Positions 35,570 to 47,902 of a DNA stretch of 64,000 bases are shown here, in pieces. Positions within the stretch are counted from its first letter, which is position 1; each line of letters starts with the position of its first letter. The stretch is taken from assembly GCA_001687465.1 (NCBI GenBank), contig LVLI01000316.1, positions 1 through 64,000 of the forward strand. Direction: 5' to 3'. The notes below the pieces were generated by a model. The model was not told the DNA's origin and did not search any database. It worked only from the letters and a program-made list of their open reading frames with translations. Source of the DNA: Halocafeteria seosinensis (Eukaryota). The position numbers and the translations under genes are program-made.

Positions 35570-36913
35570 ATGTAAGCTAAATGCTAAATTATCAGGTACA
35601 GTATTAGCAAGCATCGCGCTATTGTTCTTCACTTGTCGTTCAGGGCCGACGAAGGAGCTGTTAATCAAGTCGCCGCCAGAGTATCCGGACTGAACTTACG
35701 ACCACCCCCCTTCAATTATGCGAAGGGTGCTGAGAGCGTTGAAACAATGCATAAGAAAGTCGAAAAGTGCAAAACTGACGACTCGTACAACATAACCTGG
35801 ATTGTGCAGAGTCAGGATGCTCCACAGGAAGACGATAATAAATTCCGAATTATGAAAGTGTTATCGAAACAGAATGCAGGGAAGGAAATGGAAGGCTATG
35901 TCCTGGAGCCTGCAGAATTGTATGGGTACCATTTTACTCTTCCAAGGACCATAGTAGAGTGCATTAACTTCCACAATAGCAATGAGCAAGCAGAAAATGA
36001 GCGCAATAGGTTCATGCGAATGCACCAAATTCGCGAGAGGTACTATTATGAAACGAATGCCTGCAATTCGATTGACGAAGAGGCTAATTTTGTATGCTAT
36101 CGCTTACTGCGTGCGGACGAGTATACACGTGCGCATGGAAGGGTCGAAGATGTTAAAGTGAAGCCCAGTTTGCTAAAGGATTCCCAGCAAGGAAATCCTT
36201 TAACTGCAGCGCATCATCTTCCTTTGGGATTCAAACTTGTGTTTGCTCGACAGGGGCTAGATTGGGCTCTACGATGGGCGATAACAAATCTTAAGGCATT
36301 TCCTAGCACGTCCATACGAGCTGTATTGGTTGAAATTACTCTTCCTCCAATGATTAGTCGAAGCGGTTTCCAAGTGAAAACATTCACAGGCCAGGAAAAC
36401 ATTTCAGACCAGAATGTATTGATCTCTGGGTTTTCAAGCGAGTACAGTTCTCTTCCCCGGTCGTGGATTACTAAGGTAATCGATTTCGAAGAGAATCAAC
36501 AAAACCGGCTTGACACCTTAAAATTCGTGGCTTTGAGAAGCCCCCCCAAAGAGATGCCCTCCGGAATTAAGGCAAAAATTGTCAGCATTGTCGGCCGAAT
36601 GCGAGATAAAAACGCTGATATTAAAAAAATGCAGGATTACAATGAGATTGATAGGGGTGGTCACACTATTAAAGTGTGGGCCCCACTAGTAAGTGGAGCA
36701 TGTAGTTTGAAGCAATATATCCGCAAGCAAAGGAAGAACGTCGACGAGTTGGAAGTCTTTGCCAACTATTTTGCGGCTATTGCATACCAGCTTCCAGCGG
36801 AACAACAGCCCGCCGCGGATGGTAAGGAAGAAGGAAACCTGGGTAACGGTGATAGTGCCGCTGCTACTGATGGTGAGGTACAAGCAGAAGGGAGCGATTC
36901 CGGTGTGCTGTAG
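35570..36913 (+). CDS. Orphan protein with a possible ADP-ribosyltransferase-like domain
   Basis: Open frame of about 420 aa with CYRLLRADE...TAAHHL...WALRWA...LVEITL...DQNVLISG...LPRSWI. The ATG appears split by an intron (35572-35643). The ORF is likely real because it is duplicated; the fold call is tentative. Confidence 0.6.
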
Positions 36914-37314
36914 CTGTGGCCAATGCCCATGACCGTTTACTAATACGTTGATTGTGCCAACCTTCTTCCAATGTTATTGCGAGATTGTTTGGGAGTAGAC
37001 TTGCCACCCTGAACTGAACTGATAGGTACCAGTACAATACAGTAGTTCAAGCATTTCCTGCAATTCGAACACAACTACCAGACTGTGTTGACTGTGTAGT
37101 ACGAAATGGGGTATTTATGTTCAAATTAAATCTGAACAAAAAGCACCGCGTTGCGTTCTCTGGCTATGTCTAAGTGATTCCGGAATCCGGACCACCGACG
37201 GTGGTCCGCCGTACGGTAGTTGATCAAATTCACATTCAATGACACATGCCATGTGTGTCACATGGTCGGTCCTGTGGTGCATAGGTTTGTCGATCCAATT
37301 TCATTGCTCCATCC

Positions 37315-38713
37315 ATGGCACTCCGAGTGAGACTCGCTTTGCGCCCGGGTTCCCCTCGAGGGAGCTGGAGAGCTCCTAATGCGCTTATCATGGCTCGTGT
37401 GGGAGGACGTGGAAGTGTGCAGCATTGGTCCAAACACGCTCATCGCCAGAGCTCTTCCCAGTCCCCAACTAGGACGCCCCAGTTATTCGCGTACGTCGGC
37501 GGTAAGAGCAGGAGCACGACAAGGCAAAAGTTCGTGCGATTTTGTCGGTATGCGGCCTTGGCAGCACCTGTCGTGTTTTATATCTGGGCTCCCCGAGATC
37601 CCGTTATTTTCACGGGAAGGGAGCGGATTCTCATGAGCACCCCCACAGAGGAAGACGAGCAAGGGCGCAATGCGTACTCCACGCTGGGATTCATGAAGGG
37701 GGTCGTGCCCGAAGATGATGTGATGTATACCATGGTGCATGAAATCGTGGAAAGATGTGCTTTTGCGGCGACCACCATCGGAGCCAACATGACCTGGAAG
37801 TACTGCATTCTGAACGATTCGGCCGTCAATGCTTCCTGTCTGCCCGGAGGATACATTATCATCAATAAGGGACTCATTGAGTGGGTCTGGAATGAATGTG
37901 AAAGGTACAAGAACGTACAGATTAACGAGCGCCGTCAAGAGGCCGGGGATGAGAACTTACATGTACCCGAGGAAGATCTCGATACCTTGGACCCTCACAG
38001 CCTACTCGCCTTCGTAATATGTCATGAGATTTCCCATTGTATAGCCCGACATGCTGGTGAACGTATGTCGATTTTTACATCGCGAGTAAGTCGCCACCTT
38101 CTGGAGCGTTTGAATTGTACGACCATTATCTCACTAGTTGCGCTTGTGCTGCAGTTGATGTCGACATTCCTACATCAGACAGGTCTTTCATGGCTATTTC
38201 AGTACTTATACTTTCTGCCTATGAGCCGTAAATTGGTATGTTCAATCGTTTAGCGCTTGATGAGGTAGTCTGGACAGCTGCCGTGCCAAGTAGTTGCAGG
38301 AGAAAGAGGCTGACCATATAGGGATATTCTTGCTTGCTCGAACCGGATACGATATTACCAACATACCGTACTTTTTAGAAAGACTAGGAGGAACCAATCA
38401 TTGGGCTGATTGGCTCGCGACACACCCAAGTGGGAAATCGCGAAAGGAGTTGGCTCAGGTGCAAATGGTGACCGCAAATTTTGATTATGAGGTGTTCCAG
38501 AGTCTTGCGAGAGATAAAACGGCAGTATACAAAGGAGCAGCAAAGTTTTTGCACCCAAAAGAGGTTTTGCGAAACTCCGACAAAGACGAGGACTCGCACA
38601 TGGAGCATCGTCCATGGGGCAAGACCCCTCAGCCAGAAGCAGGAGGAGCTCCTGCTCTGACCTCCCAAGACCAACCTGAGAGTAACACGCACAACGATAC
38701 ACAAACGCGATAA
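37315..38713 (+). CDS. OMA1: Peptidase M48 / OMA1-like metalloprotease, 3 exons (37315-38085, 38155-38235, 38300-38713)
   Basis: VNASCLPGGYIIINKGL, HEISH, SRKL|EKEADHIG, WLATHPS; basic mitochondrial-type N-terminus. Confidence 0.88.
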
Positions 38714-39217
38714 ATTTGTGTTTCCAACATTGATACATCTCAGTGATGAGCCCTTCATTGGGTAGAGCGGGATCTACCACTAGCCCGGATAGTCGTCGAC
38801 CATGTATGTCATTGACTGAAGACGCTGAGTATCAATTTCAAAGATTTGTCCATATAGGTTGTTTGGAGTATGATAGTCTTAGCGATATAGATTCGCTGAT
38901 TCGATGGAGTGGAATGTTCACTCGACGCCTGGGATGTGATCACTAAAATGGATCTGCACTCTCTGTCCACTGGAATTTTCGAGTTCCTGTAGATAATTTG
39001 TTACCGATCACTCCGTTCTTCGAAACACTTCACCATTTCGGTAAGCTAGTCATTTATGCCACTTAAAGCCCACTTTGGAGTTAGACTTCCAGCCCTCTGT
39101 GAAGTCCAACGATCATAACCCAGCTTCACAACGTTCCATACGATAGTCTTCAGGATTGATACACCCCCTCTAGCATCGTGCAATTCTTCCCAAAAGGCAA
39201 AGTTCTAAAGAACGGAA

Positions 39218-40007
39218 ATGGCTGAGCCTAACTCGGAAACGGCTGCTGCATCGGGGACTGGAATAGGTGCCAATATGCAAGATATCTGGACCTCCCTCCG
39301 AAGTGTCGAGGAGCGTATACAGCGTATTGAGACCAAATTATGGGGCCATGGGGACCCTTCTGTCTCCTACAGGAGCCACCATACTGAGGCTGGTGGGGGA
39401 AAAGCGAATGGGAACCTGATGGAGCGCATGCACTACGTGCAACAGAAACTGGAGGAGCTGGAACCTGAGGGATTCCGGGGATTCTATCAACAAGGTACGC
39501 CATTCACCTATACATACTGCTTGTAGGAAATATTTGGCCTTATGAAATATTGCCTATTTGTGGCAAGCAGCCAAGGAGACGGATAAAGCGATTGGAGGTG
39601 GTCTATTTGGGGGATATCCTGCCATAACGGGATTGCCACGAGCAGCGCAACATGAATACATTGTTGCTTCAGAGAACTCAGTGAACAAGTCCATTGAATA
39701 CTTGAAACAGATTCATGATGAATCGGAACTTGTCCTAGATTCTGAATATATCAATGGTATGTACAAGAGCTCGAAGTAATTTGGCCATTGGGTTAGACTT
39801 CACCTTCGGGATGCAGATGTGCCATCGTATGAAGAACGACTGCGAGACAATGAGGAGTACGAAATGAAATTTAAAAGGACAAGTGATCTGATTAGAACGA
39901 AAACGGATAAAATGCTTCGGATTTATTATGAATTTATTTATCTGATATCTCAGAAGCTTGCAGTGTGGGATTCGCAACTGAAACATCTTGAGAAGGAACA
40001 AGCATGA
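39218..40007 (+). CDS. DCTN3: Dynactin subunit 3 (p22/p24)-like, 3 exons (39218-39494, 39571-39756, 39817-40007)
   Basis: LRSVEERIQRIE...EYIVASE...VLDSEYINDVPSYEERL...MLRIYYEFIYLISQKLAVWDSQLKHLE pattern. Confidence 0.72.
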
Positions 40008-40139
40008 ATACACTTGAGCGCTCGTCGATGCGTTCCATGCTTTGGGGTGATATGAACGCTTGCGGTATCAATTGGCAAATTGAAGACACTGGACAGAAAA
40101 TTCGGGGGCTATCTTTTACCATTGGTTATACGGCATTAA

Positions 40140-40995
40140 GACCCTTCTAATACCCTAGTGTCTACTGTAAAGTATTGGAATGAGGTGGTGGGAGAGGACA
40201 ATGAATGGATATGCAAATTGTCGTGGCGACGCTGCTGTTTGAGGATTGAGGCAATGGCTTCCATTCCGGAAAACTGGATAAACTTCCCCCGATTTGCGGG
40301 GCGTGTGTGGTGCGATGGGCCACGCTCTAGAGATGACAACTCTAATACCCTATTTGAGGGTTTACCCTCGTCTGTGGAATGGCTTGCACTTAGAGTAGGC
40401 GGGATGCTCTCTGATTCGACGTTTCTAAACCTAACACAGCAATACTTGGTGGCAAGCTTGTGGCAAGCTTGTGGCATAACTGATGCTGCATTCGAACATC
40501 TATCAAACTTGAGGTCATTGAATCTGAGACAGTGTTTTCGAGAGACCATTACCGATGCGTTATTTCAGTATCTACCACATCTGGGGTCACTGGCAATAAC
40601 AGGCTGCAAACAAACGACGCTTACGGATGATGCCTTCCAGCATTTGTCAAGCTTGACAATGTTGGATATATCGGGGTGCACCCAAACTAGCATTACGGAT
40701 TTGGCGTTTAAACATCTTCGTAATTTGACATCGCTAACAATGAGAGATTGCACACAAGCTTGCATTTCAGATGCTGCCTTTGAGCATTTACAAGAATTGG
40801 TGTCGCTGGATATAGGGTCATGCCATCAAACTACCATAACCGATTCTTGCTTTCAGCATCTCTCGAACTTGGTATTCCAAGATCTTCACAGCTGCAACCA
40901 AACCACCATTACGAATGCTGCGTTTAAGCACATGCCATACTTGACAATGCTTTCAGTGAGATTGCAACGAAAACACCATCACTGACGCTGCTCGT
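40140..40995 (+). pseudogene. LRR paralog of 20169-21515, probably disrupted
   Basis: Same ITDxAFxHL repeats and a YWxEV...WxRxxLRI...PRF N-terminal motif. An in-frame stop lies at 40137, and the last repeat (CNENTITDAA) is frameshifted. Confidence 0.7.
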
Positions 40996-41079
40996 TTCAA
41001 TTTACCAGCAGATATATTGCTGTTCTAACGCAAAGGATGACATCAGGACACACCTCTGCTGACTGCAGAGGACGGAGCT

Positions 41080-41460
41080 AATCGTTTCCGAAGATGACAC
41101 AATGACATGCAGTCATTTCTGCATCGTGTGTATCGCACAGGTCTCTCATGACTATTTGAGTACTTCTGTCTTAAGTCCTTGAGACGCAAACAGGTAATTT
41201 TGGTATGCTCATTTTCGGCCTCGAAAGGAGCATATTAATAGTTGCAGGGAATGAAGGCTGACCATATAGCAATTTTCCTGATTCCTCGAACCGGATCCGA
41301 TGTTCCCCACGTGCCGTCCTTTTTAGGAGAGCGACTTTTGTTGGAAATGTATGGTTTTGCAGACATCGTGGAAGAACTTAGCAGAGCTGCAACTTGCTTC
41401 TGCCGATTTTGAGTTTGAGGTATTCCGAAAGTTTCCAAGAGAGAACACTCGAAGTTTTTA
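41080..41460 (+). pseudogene. Decayed OMA1-like remnant
   Basis: TAGTTGCAGG..GAAGGCTGACCATATAG...CTCGAACCGGAT matches 38291-38350. LAELQLASADFEFEVF matches LAQVQMVTANFDYEVF. Confidence 0.75.
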
Positions 41461-42083
41461 GAAAGAGAGCGTGGCCACCTCGGCACGCCTACACGATCAG
41501 ATTTAGATGATGAGCCGAACAATTTTCAGGGTGACAAGCTTCCTGAATCACAAACTAGCTCATGGGTTTTTCCTCAGAGCAAAGGAATAGTCTTGTTGAG
41601 TATGCATCGTTACACCGGTAATTTTGACAACTACGGAATCCATTTGAATCGATTCCCAAAAAATCCAGCCGGCAAACAACCCACCAGACACAGGACAAAC
41701 GCGACAACTATATGGCTGCAACATTGATATTTTTTTGTGGATATACTGGTAGTGAATTGCCTCGTGCATACCGGTAAAGTAGAGGTGTAAACTAGTACTT
41801 TGTACCATTGTTGTGGAGTACAACTGGTGATGGTACTGATCTATACTTGTTACCCTCTTGCACGAGCCAAACAATTTTAAGAGGATAATTTTTTATTTTT
41901 TTTTAGACTCATCATATAAATTGCATATACCTTCTCCATAAGTTATGCAACTTCCAACTGGAGTTAAACTCTTCAACGGGAATTGATTGTTAGGGGAAAG
42001 GCTACTCACAGTATACGATCAAGGATTAAATTTGTTTCATTTTAGTTTTAATTATTAATTTTTGATGGGTATATACATACAGC

Positions 42084-43012
42084 ATGTTGGGTAGGGCGTG
42101 TAACAGTGGTCAAAATGCCATGAAATGGGCTCTGCAGAGGCCTCTCCTGCAGGGCTCCAGGGGCCTATACAGCTCTATAACGACTGTTTCAAGGCATATA
42201 CGAGTCTCTCCCGTCGCCAATACGTTCGTAACGTATTCATCTTCGGCATCAATGCGCCAGGAACAGAAATCGGAGCATGCGCATCGAGAAATATTGGATG
42301 AAATGATCAAGGAGTACCGCCAGAAGACTGCCCAATCGTCATCTCCCTCCCATACAGCGCCACCAGAGGGGGTCGATGAGCTAGAAGCAGGTCTATTTGA
42401 GAGGATACAAGAAGCCCGGAATGCGCAAGAGACCATGCGCCCCTGGGAAGCGGCGGAAGAGGAAGAAACAAAGGAGGACTTGGACGAGTATGTGCAATCG
42501 GATGAGTATGTCCCTGAGCAAGATCCTCTGTATGGTACGTAATACCCCCTCAAATGATCTTCTGGAGGCCTCTATACAACTGTATTGTGGTGACCTTCTG
42601 TTGGATGGACGCAGATACGATGTCATTTAACGTGAATCAGGTGCGAATAGCCACTCAGGAAATGCTGAATGGGACCTTGGGAGATAGTCCCAACAACAGA
42701 AAGGTTACTCTGGAAGCGTACATAGCCAATTTGGGTCTTGACCCTGTTGTGGAAAAGTACGCCAAAGTGATAGCGGGAAAGAGGTACCTCTGGGATCAAC
42801 AGAAACTATACTTGGTCTCAAGGAAATACCGGACTGCTCATGAAAATAAAAGGCATTTGTTAGAACTATTAGAGGGAATCATTACGGAAGCTAAGCGACT
42901 GGCCAATGAGTTAGGAGATTTCCATTTACCTCATCCCCAACCTAAACGATATGGTTATAGGCAGGCACGAATGAAGAAGAAGCGAAAAGCAAAGAAGGGA
43001 CTACCCTTCTAG
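42084..43012 (+). CDS. MRPS35: Mitochondrial ribosomal protein mS35 (RSM24), 2 exons
   Basis: Targeting-peptide-like N-terminus; RKVTLEAYIANLGL...IAGKRY...LYLVSRKY...ENKRHLLELL. Intron about 42535-42614. Confidence 0.8.
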
Positions 43013-43548
43013 AAAAGTACCTGGGTAGTCAAAATGCTAAGAGGAAAAATCCCTCAACCCGTCGACGATGCTTCATTTTCTCTCCGGTGAAAAGTGTGCT
43101 GTTATGGAGAAAGAAAGCAGACTTGCTTGGTCAAGACGGCTGCGTAATGGAATGTTATGCTTTCATTCATCCGAGGAGGAGCAGACTTCGCCTTAACAAC
43201 GTCGGTGCACTGACTCACTGAGAAAGCCCACATAACAGCGTCTCCCTTTCTCTCTCCCTGAGTATAACTGAGAATGGCCAACTTTTATTTATGCGACTCT
43301 TTATGAATAGACTTGCCAAACGACAGCCTCTAGTAATCATGCATCGATGTACAATTAGTAGCAACTACCTGGACTCGTCCTTCAAAACCAAAGCTTCCAG
43401 ACCACCTAGTGTTGTCAAATTGATTGTTTCTGTTGTGGAACAGAGTATCGGAAACAATTACCTATTTCTATCATTCTTTGATAGAAATTTATATACATTA
43501 AGGTTGATAAATACCACCACCAGTCCCCTCGTGAAGAGACTGGGGGGT

Positions 43549-46500
43549 ATGCTTGGTTGCCGTCTTTATCGTTCCATTGGCACTCCTCGTAGAGCTTCAT
43601 TGAACAGTATATCTCTTATATCAGCCCCTGGGAGAGCATTAGACGTGTATAGGAACGCGATAAAGCCTGAAATAGAGCGCTTAGGGACCCTCTCGTTTGG
43701 TCTTTTTCGCCCTTTTAGCAGCTCTTTGGAGCCGTATACAAGTGATACAGAGCAAGATACAGTGAGAACCATGCATGTATCCAAAGAAAATTTCGATACA
43801 ATGCTTCCAGCATTGAAAGAGGCCATTGAAAAGGCTGATTTTGTGGCTCTGGACCTCGAATTTTCGGGCCTCCAAGCTGAAAGTATGGCCACAATATTGC
43901 CCAATGACACGATTCGGACGCGATATTTGCGTATGAGGCATGCCGTGCGACAGATGCAAGTGTTCCAGTTCGGGCTGGCCATTTTTCGATGGGACCAAGA
44001 GAGCAACTCGTGGAAAGGCATGCCCTTCAGCTTCTATCTCCTCCCACGGAAGGGCAAATTCGTCAATTGTGCTGATTCAGTGCGATTTCTCGCCGATAAT
44101 GGCTTTGATTTCGGGAAATGGGCTACTACAGGGTTGCCGTTCCTGAGCCGAGACCATGAACAGAGTTCGCGAAAGAGGTCTCTCAAGACGGCCATGTGCA
44201 AAGCTGTACGCCCTGAAACTCCAGCTATGGCTCAAAGGGATTGGGCTGAAGATTTCGTCAAAGATTTTTGCAAAGAGCTTTCCAAATGGAGACGTGCACT
44301 CGAGGATTGGAGACAAAGTGCGAGTACCGCCGGTGCGAATGTTCATTTCCCGTGGGAGGGAAGCCAGACTAGATCTTTCGAGAATAGCACAGTAGATATC
44401 ATTGGACAAACTGAACAACCTTCTTCAAGTGCAGAAGCGGGAAATACCGAGGAAAACCAGAATAGTAGCATTGGTAATGGAAAGACGAGTTCAGCAGATG
44501 AGGTTGCCTTGAGTGTGCTAGAAGACTGCCCCTCGTTAGTACTGCCCAACCTCAGTTCGATCAAGCGCAAGTTTGTACACGATGTGGTAGGAGCAGGCAA
44601 TTTTAGGTCGTGGGCAGCTGAGCAGAGTAGCTTGAGGAGTGATTTGTCGGATATGGATTCACTGACGGATTCATGGGAGGACTGTGCCAGTGTTACGCTC
44701 GACAGTGACCAACAAGAGCAGGGTGGTAGATTTTCCAAACTTCGTGTGGTCTGGCTTCCTCCAGCAGAACACCGGCTCCGTGCATTTATTAAGGAAAGTA
44801 ATTCTCCTGTTCTTTACAATACAGAAGAAATGTCTCTAAAGGACTTGTGGTATGCATTCAAGGCGATTCTCTCGGAAAAGAGTTCAATGGACCGGATAGA
44901 TGCCGATGTGGGATTCCGCAAAGTTGTCGATATCATGTCGACAGAGAGTATAAATCGAGGGCTCCCAGTGGTGGGGCACAATGTCATGGGTGACTTCATG
45001 CATCTCACAGATAAAATGACAAAGTCCCCACCTCCTTCAGTTGCTTCAGAATGGGCTGCAGAAATGGCTGTGACGTTCCCTTGCATTTTTGATACTAAAA
45101 TGTTGAGTGGTGGAAATGCAATCAAAAGGATACTTGTAGAGTTGGAAACCGAAGCGCTGAAAGATCCAGCTGAGAAACCTCCAGCCCCCGAGGGACAATC
45201 ACAGCAATTAACTGACGGTATTTTCTTAAAATCGGGGTCATTTTGGGCAACGCATAAGAACACAGCGTTGGATCCCGTCTACCAGACTATAAACGACACC
45301 AAATTGTTTCATGAGTCGCCGTTATATCCCAGTGGACGACCTTCTGCTGATGTTACATCTTGGGCTGACTTAGTCCAAGTTGCGAGGGATGATACTCTTG
45401 AGTCAAGAATGGAACACGGGCGCGTTGGATCATCGACTGAGTCGATTTCGGAAATCCGGGTTGCCCATGATGCAGGTTACGATGCCTGGATGACGGGGTG
45501 TATTTTTGCGAAATACATTGCAGCTATTGGTTTATCCCCAGCCACAATCAGGCAACTTTGCGCTGCACATATTAAAGCTGGGGAAAATGACTTCAACACT
45601 TTGCCTCTTGCTGGCAAAAGACTATTTGAGCAGATCAATAACTTATATCTAATGCGCATGAATCCTTGTTGCTGGAAGTTCGCGGATGATGGCGATTCCG
45701 ACGCTGCCTACCCTCTGGACAGCAAAAAACACTTGCTGCCTCCTGGAATAAACCCGTCCGTTGTACAACGCCTACCGTCCCCTCAAGCAGTCAAGGAAGA
45801 TGACCTGTCGAGCATATCGTCTACTGTTCACGTTAGTGGCCTCAATCATAGCATTAAGACTAGCGATCTAATTGATATGGCTAAAGACGCAGTTTCAAAC
45901 TGGGCCCAGTATTGCTCAGAAGCCGAGGTAGAGCGAGCTTCTTACGTGTGTAGAACCACAGTCTCCCGCGTACAAGCATTCGTTGATTCGTTGAATGACC
46001 AAGCGAAGTTTTCGAAGTTTCTTGAACGCTCTCCTGTTGCATGGGTGGACGACGACTCCGCATTTCTTCTCTTTCAGAAAGGAGAAGTCGCTGCAGCTGC
46101 TTTGGCAGGATGGGCTACTCAGAAACGCACAGCGCTCTTGTTATCAAAGACTGAGGACATCACTAATGTGCTACCAGAACACTTAACTTCGAGTGTGAAA
46201 GAATCTCTCAGTTCTAGCGATCCCGAGGATCTTCTGAATAAATGGAGAGGTAGAGAGTTACCTCTTCTCGGGGCTTTCAACCTACAATCCTACGCTGCAT
46301 TTGAAGAGTCTTATCCTAACATCTTCGCTTTCGATGATGGTACAGACGTACATGTCTCTTCTAATCTAGTATCTGTAGATAATCTAATCAAGATCCCCGC
46401 AAATTTCGAACCCGGGGTATTACCCGAAGAAACCGCGCCCTCTGTATCCTCGGCCACCTCAACAGACGGTACGAATGGAGGATCTCCTCGGAAGCGTGTG

Positions 46501-46635
46501 CTCACTGAGCCGTCTATGGAAGAAAGTAGTGCAACAAATTTCGATTCAAGTGAAAGTAAACGCCACAAGGTCGTCCACACAGATAGCAATGAGGAAGAGC
46601 AGTCTTCGTCGTCGTCGAAATGCTGTATTCAGTAG
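43549..46635 (+). CDS. PARN: Poly(A)-specific ribonuclease PARN-like (CAF1/DEDD family); the ORF is open from 43291
   Basis: DFVALDLEFSGL, FQFGLAIF, FLADNGFDF, VVGHN, IFDTK, HDAGYDAWMTG, and RRM-like WVDDDSAFL. Confidence 0.9.
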   Translation: MLGCRLYRSIGTPRRASLNSISLISAPGRALDVYRNAIKPEIERLGTLSFGLFRPFSSSLEPYTSDTEQDTVRTMHVSKENFDTMLPALKEAIEKADFVALDLEFSGLQAESMATILPNDTIRTRYLRMRHAVRQMQVFQFGLAIFRWDQESNSWKGMPFSFYLLPRKGKFVNCADSVRFLADNGFDFGKWATTGLPFLSRDHEQSSRKRSLKTAMCKAVRPETPAMAQRDWAEDFVKDFCKELSKWRRALEDWRQSASTAGANVHFPWEGSQTRSFENSTVDIIGQTEQPSSSAEAGNTEENQNSSIGNGKTSSADEVALSVLEDCPSLVLPNLSSIKRKFVHDVVGAGNFRSWAAEQSSLRSDLSDMDSLTDSWEDCASVTLDSDQQEQGGRFSKLRVVWLPPAEHRLRAFIKESNSPVLYNTEEMSLKDLWYAFKAILSEKSSMDRIDADVGFRKVVDIMSTESINRGLPVVGHNVMGDFMHLTDKMTKSPPPSVASEWAAEMAVTFPCIFDTKMLSGGNAIKRILVELETEALKDPAEKPPAPEGQSQQLTDGIFLKSGSFWATHKNTALDPVYQTINDTKLFHESPLYPSGRPSADVTSWADLVQVARDDTLESRMEHGRVGSSTESISEIRVAHDAGYDAWMTGCIFAKYIAAIGLSPATIRQLCAAHIKAGENDFNTLPLAGKRLFEQINNLYLMRMNPCCWKFADDGDSDAAYPLDSKKHLLPPGINPSVVQRLPSPQAVKEDDLSSISSTVHVSGLNHSIKTSDLIDMAKDAVSNWAQYCSEAEVERASYVCRTTVSRVQAFVDSLNDQAKFSKFLERSPVAWVDDDSAFLLFQKGEVAAAALAGWATQKRTALLLSKTEDITNVLPEHLTSSVKESLSSSDPEDLLNKWRGRELPLLGAFNLQSYAAFEESYPNIFAFDDGTDVHVSSNLVSVDNLIKIPANFEPGVLPEETAPSVSSATSTDGTNGGSPRKRVLTEPSMEESSATNFDSSESKRHKVVHTDSNEEEQSSSSSKCCIQ

Positions 46636-47036
46636 GAACCTGTCCTTGCATATCTGCAAGTGCGCGAGTTCGGTGGTCTATGTTGCACAGCCGTCAAAAT
46701 CGTATCTCCATGGAAGAGGGCGACTGTGTAACTACAAACATCCGGCTGCAGCATTGTCGGGAGCTGAGACTGTGCAAAGCGAAAATGTTGTCTCGTGTTT
46801 ACTGGAGCTCCTTTCTTCAAGGAAGCGCACTTCACTCTTTACTAACTCAAAACAGCGAAGTCGATGGTTCACATAAAGCGGTAGGGATGACGAATTCGCT
46901 TACAAGGATTACCAATTGGTCGTTGTCGGTTCCTGAGAACGCTGTTGCTACGGCATAAGAGCATGAGTTCTCAAGTGAAATTTCTCTTTCCAGTCCGGTT
47001 TGGCAATCGAATCGTGAGTTTGAAACTTTCGAGGGT

Positions 47037-47902
47037 CTAAGCCTGCCTCGCTGAAAGTTTGTCAGCAGTGTTCTCAGCATTTATGAGGTTTATTACATCC
47101 TGAATTCGTTGGTCGGTGTTCTTGAAACCAGGTCTAGCAAATTGTCCCGTTTCACTCTTTACAGAATTGAATTCCTCAAGTGCGCTCTTGAAGTCATTCA
47201 TTAGTATGAAAATACAGCCTCTGTCGTAGCGTAAGAATTGGCTATCTTCACCATTGATATCTGCTACATGCATCCCGTTTCCAAGTTCTTCTAGCGACGC
47301 ATTATACATGTCGTGCGCCCTACATCGAGGGAAGTTTGCTCGTCAGCCTGCGGCAAATCACGTATGTGTTTGTGTCCATTTAGGCGATGCTTATGAGCAT
47401 CTACGCTCGACTTGTAGTCAAACCGGGGGTTCTTGTTGTCCGAAAGAGCAGCCGCTTTTTCAAGCATCTCCAAAGCTTGGTCGTGCTTGCCACACTCGAT
47501 ACATGCTATACCTCCCCACAATTGAGCCTCCATATCCTGCTGATCGAAGTCGAGTACCGGCATGAATCCATAGGTAAGCGCCTCTTCAGCGGCTTGCACA
47601 TTGTGTTCGAGGGGGTTCCAGGACACGCTTGTCACTGAGGCTGTCGTCCGCGGATTCGCTTGACTTCCTGGCCACTGGGGCCCTCGCAGCAACAGTGCTT
47701 GGCCTTTGAACATATAGGAATCCATATAGTTCGGATCCAGTTGAAGCACTCGGTCGAACCACGTGATAGCTTCTGTGTAGAGACCATCATCGAAAAGAAG
47801 CCGGTGGCCGGTCCTATGGTACTCATCCAGCATTGCTTTGGTGGTGGTGGAGGAGGACGTCGAATCCGCATCGGCCGGATTCCTGAGCAGATTTTGACTC
47901 AT
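47037..47902 (-). CDS. TPR-repeat protein, probably 2 exons
   Basis: YTEAITWFDRVLQLDPNYMDSYMFKGQAL and YDRGCIFILMNDFKSALEEF. The frame change near 47320-47420 is consistent with an intron. Confidence 0.7.

Noticed and set aside
43415..46589. Antisense ORFs within PARN and other long genes
   Set aside because: Shadow frames of real coding sequence with no independent motifs.
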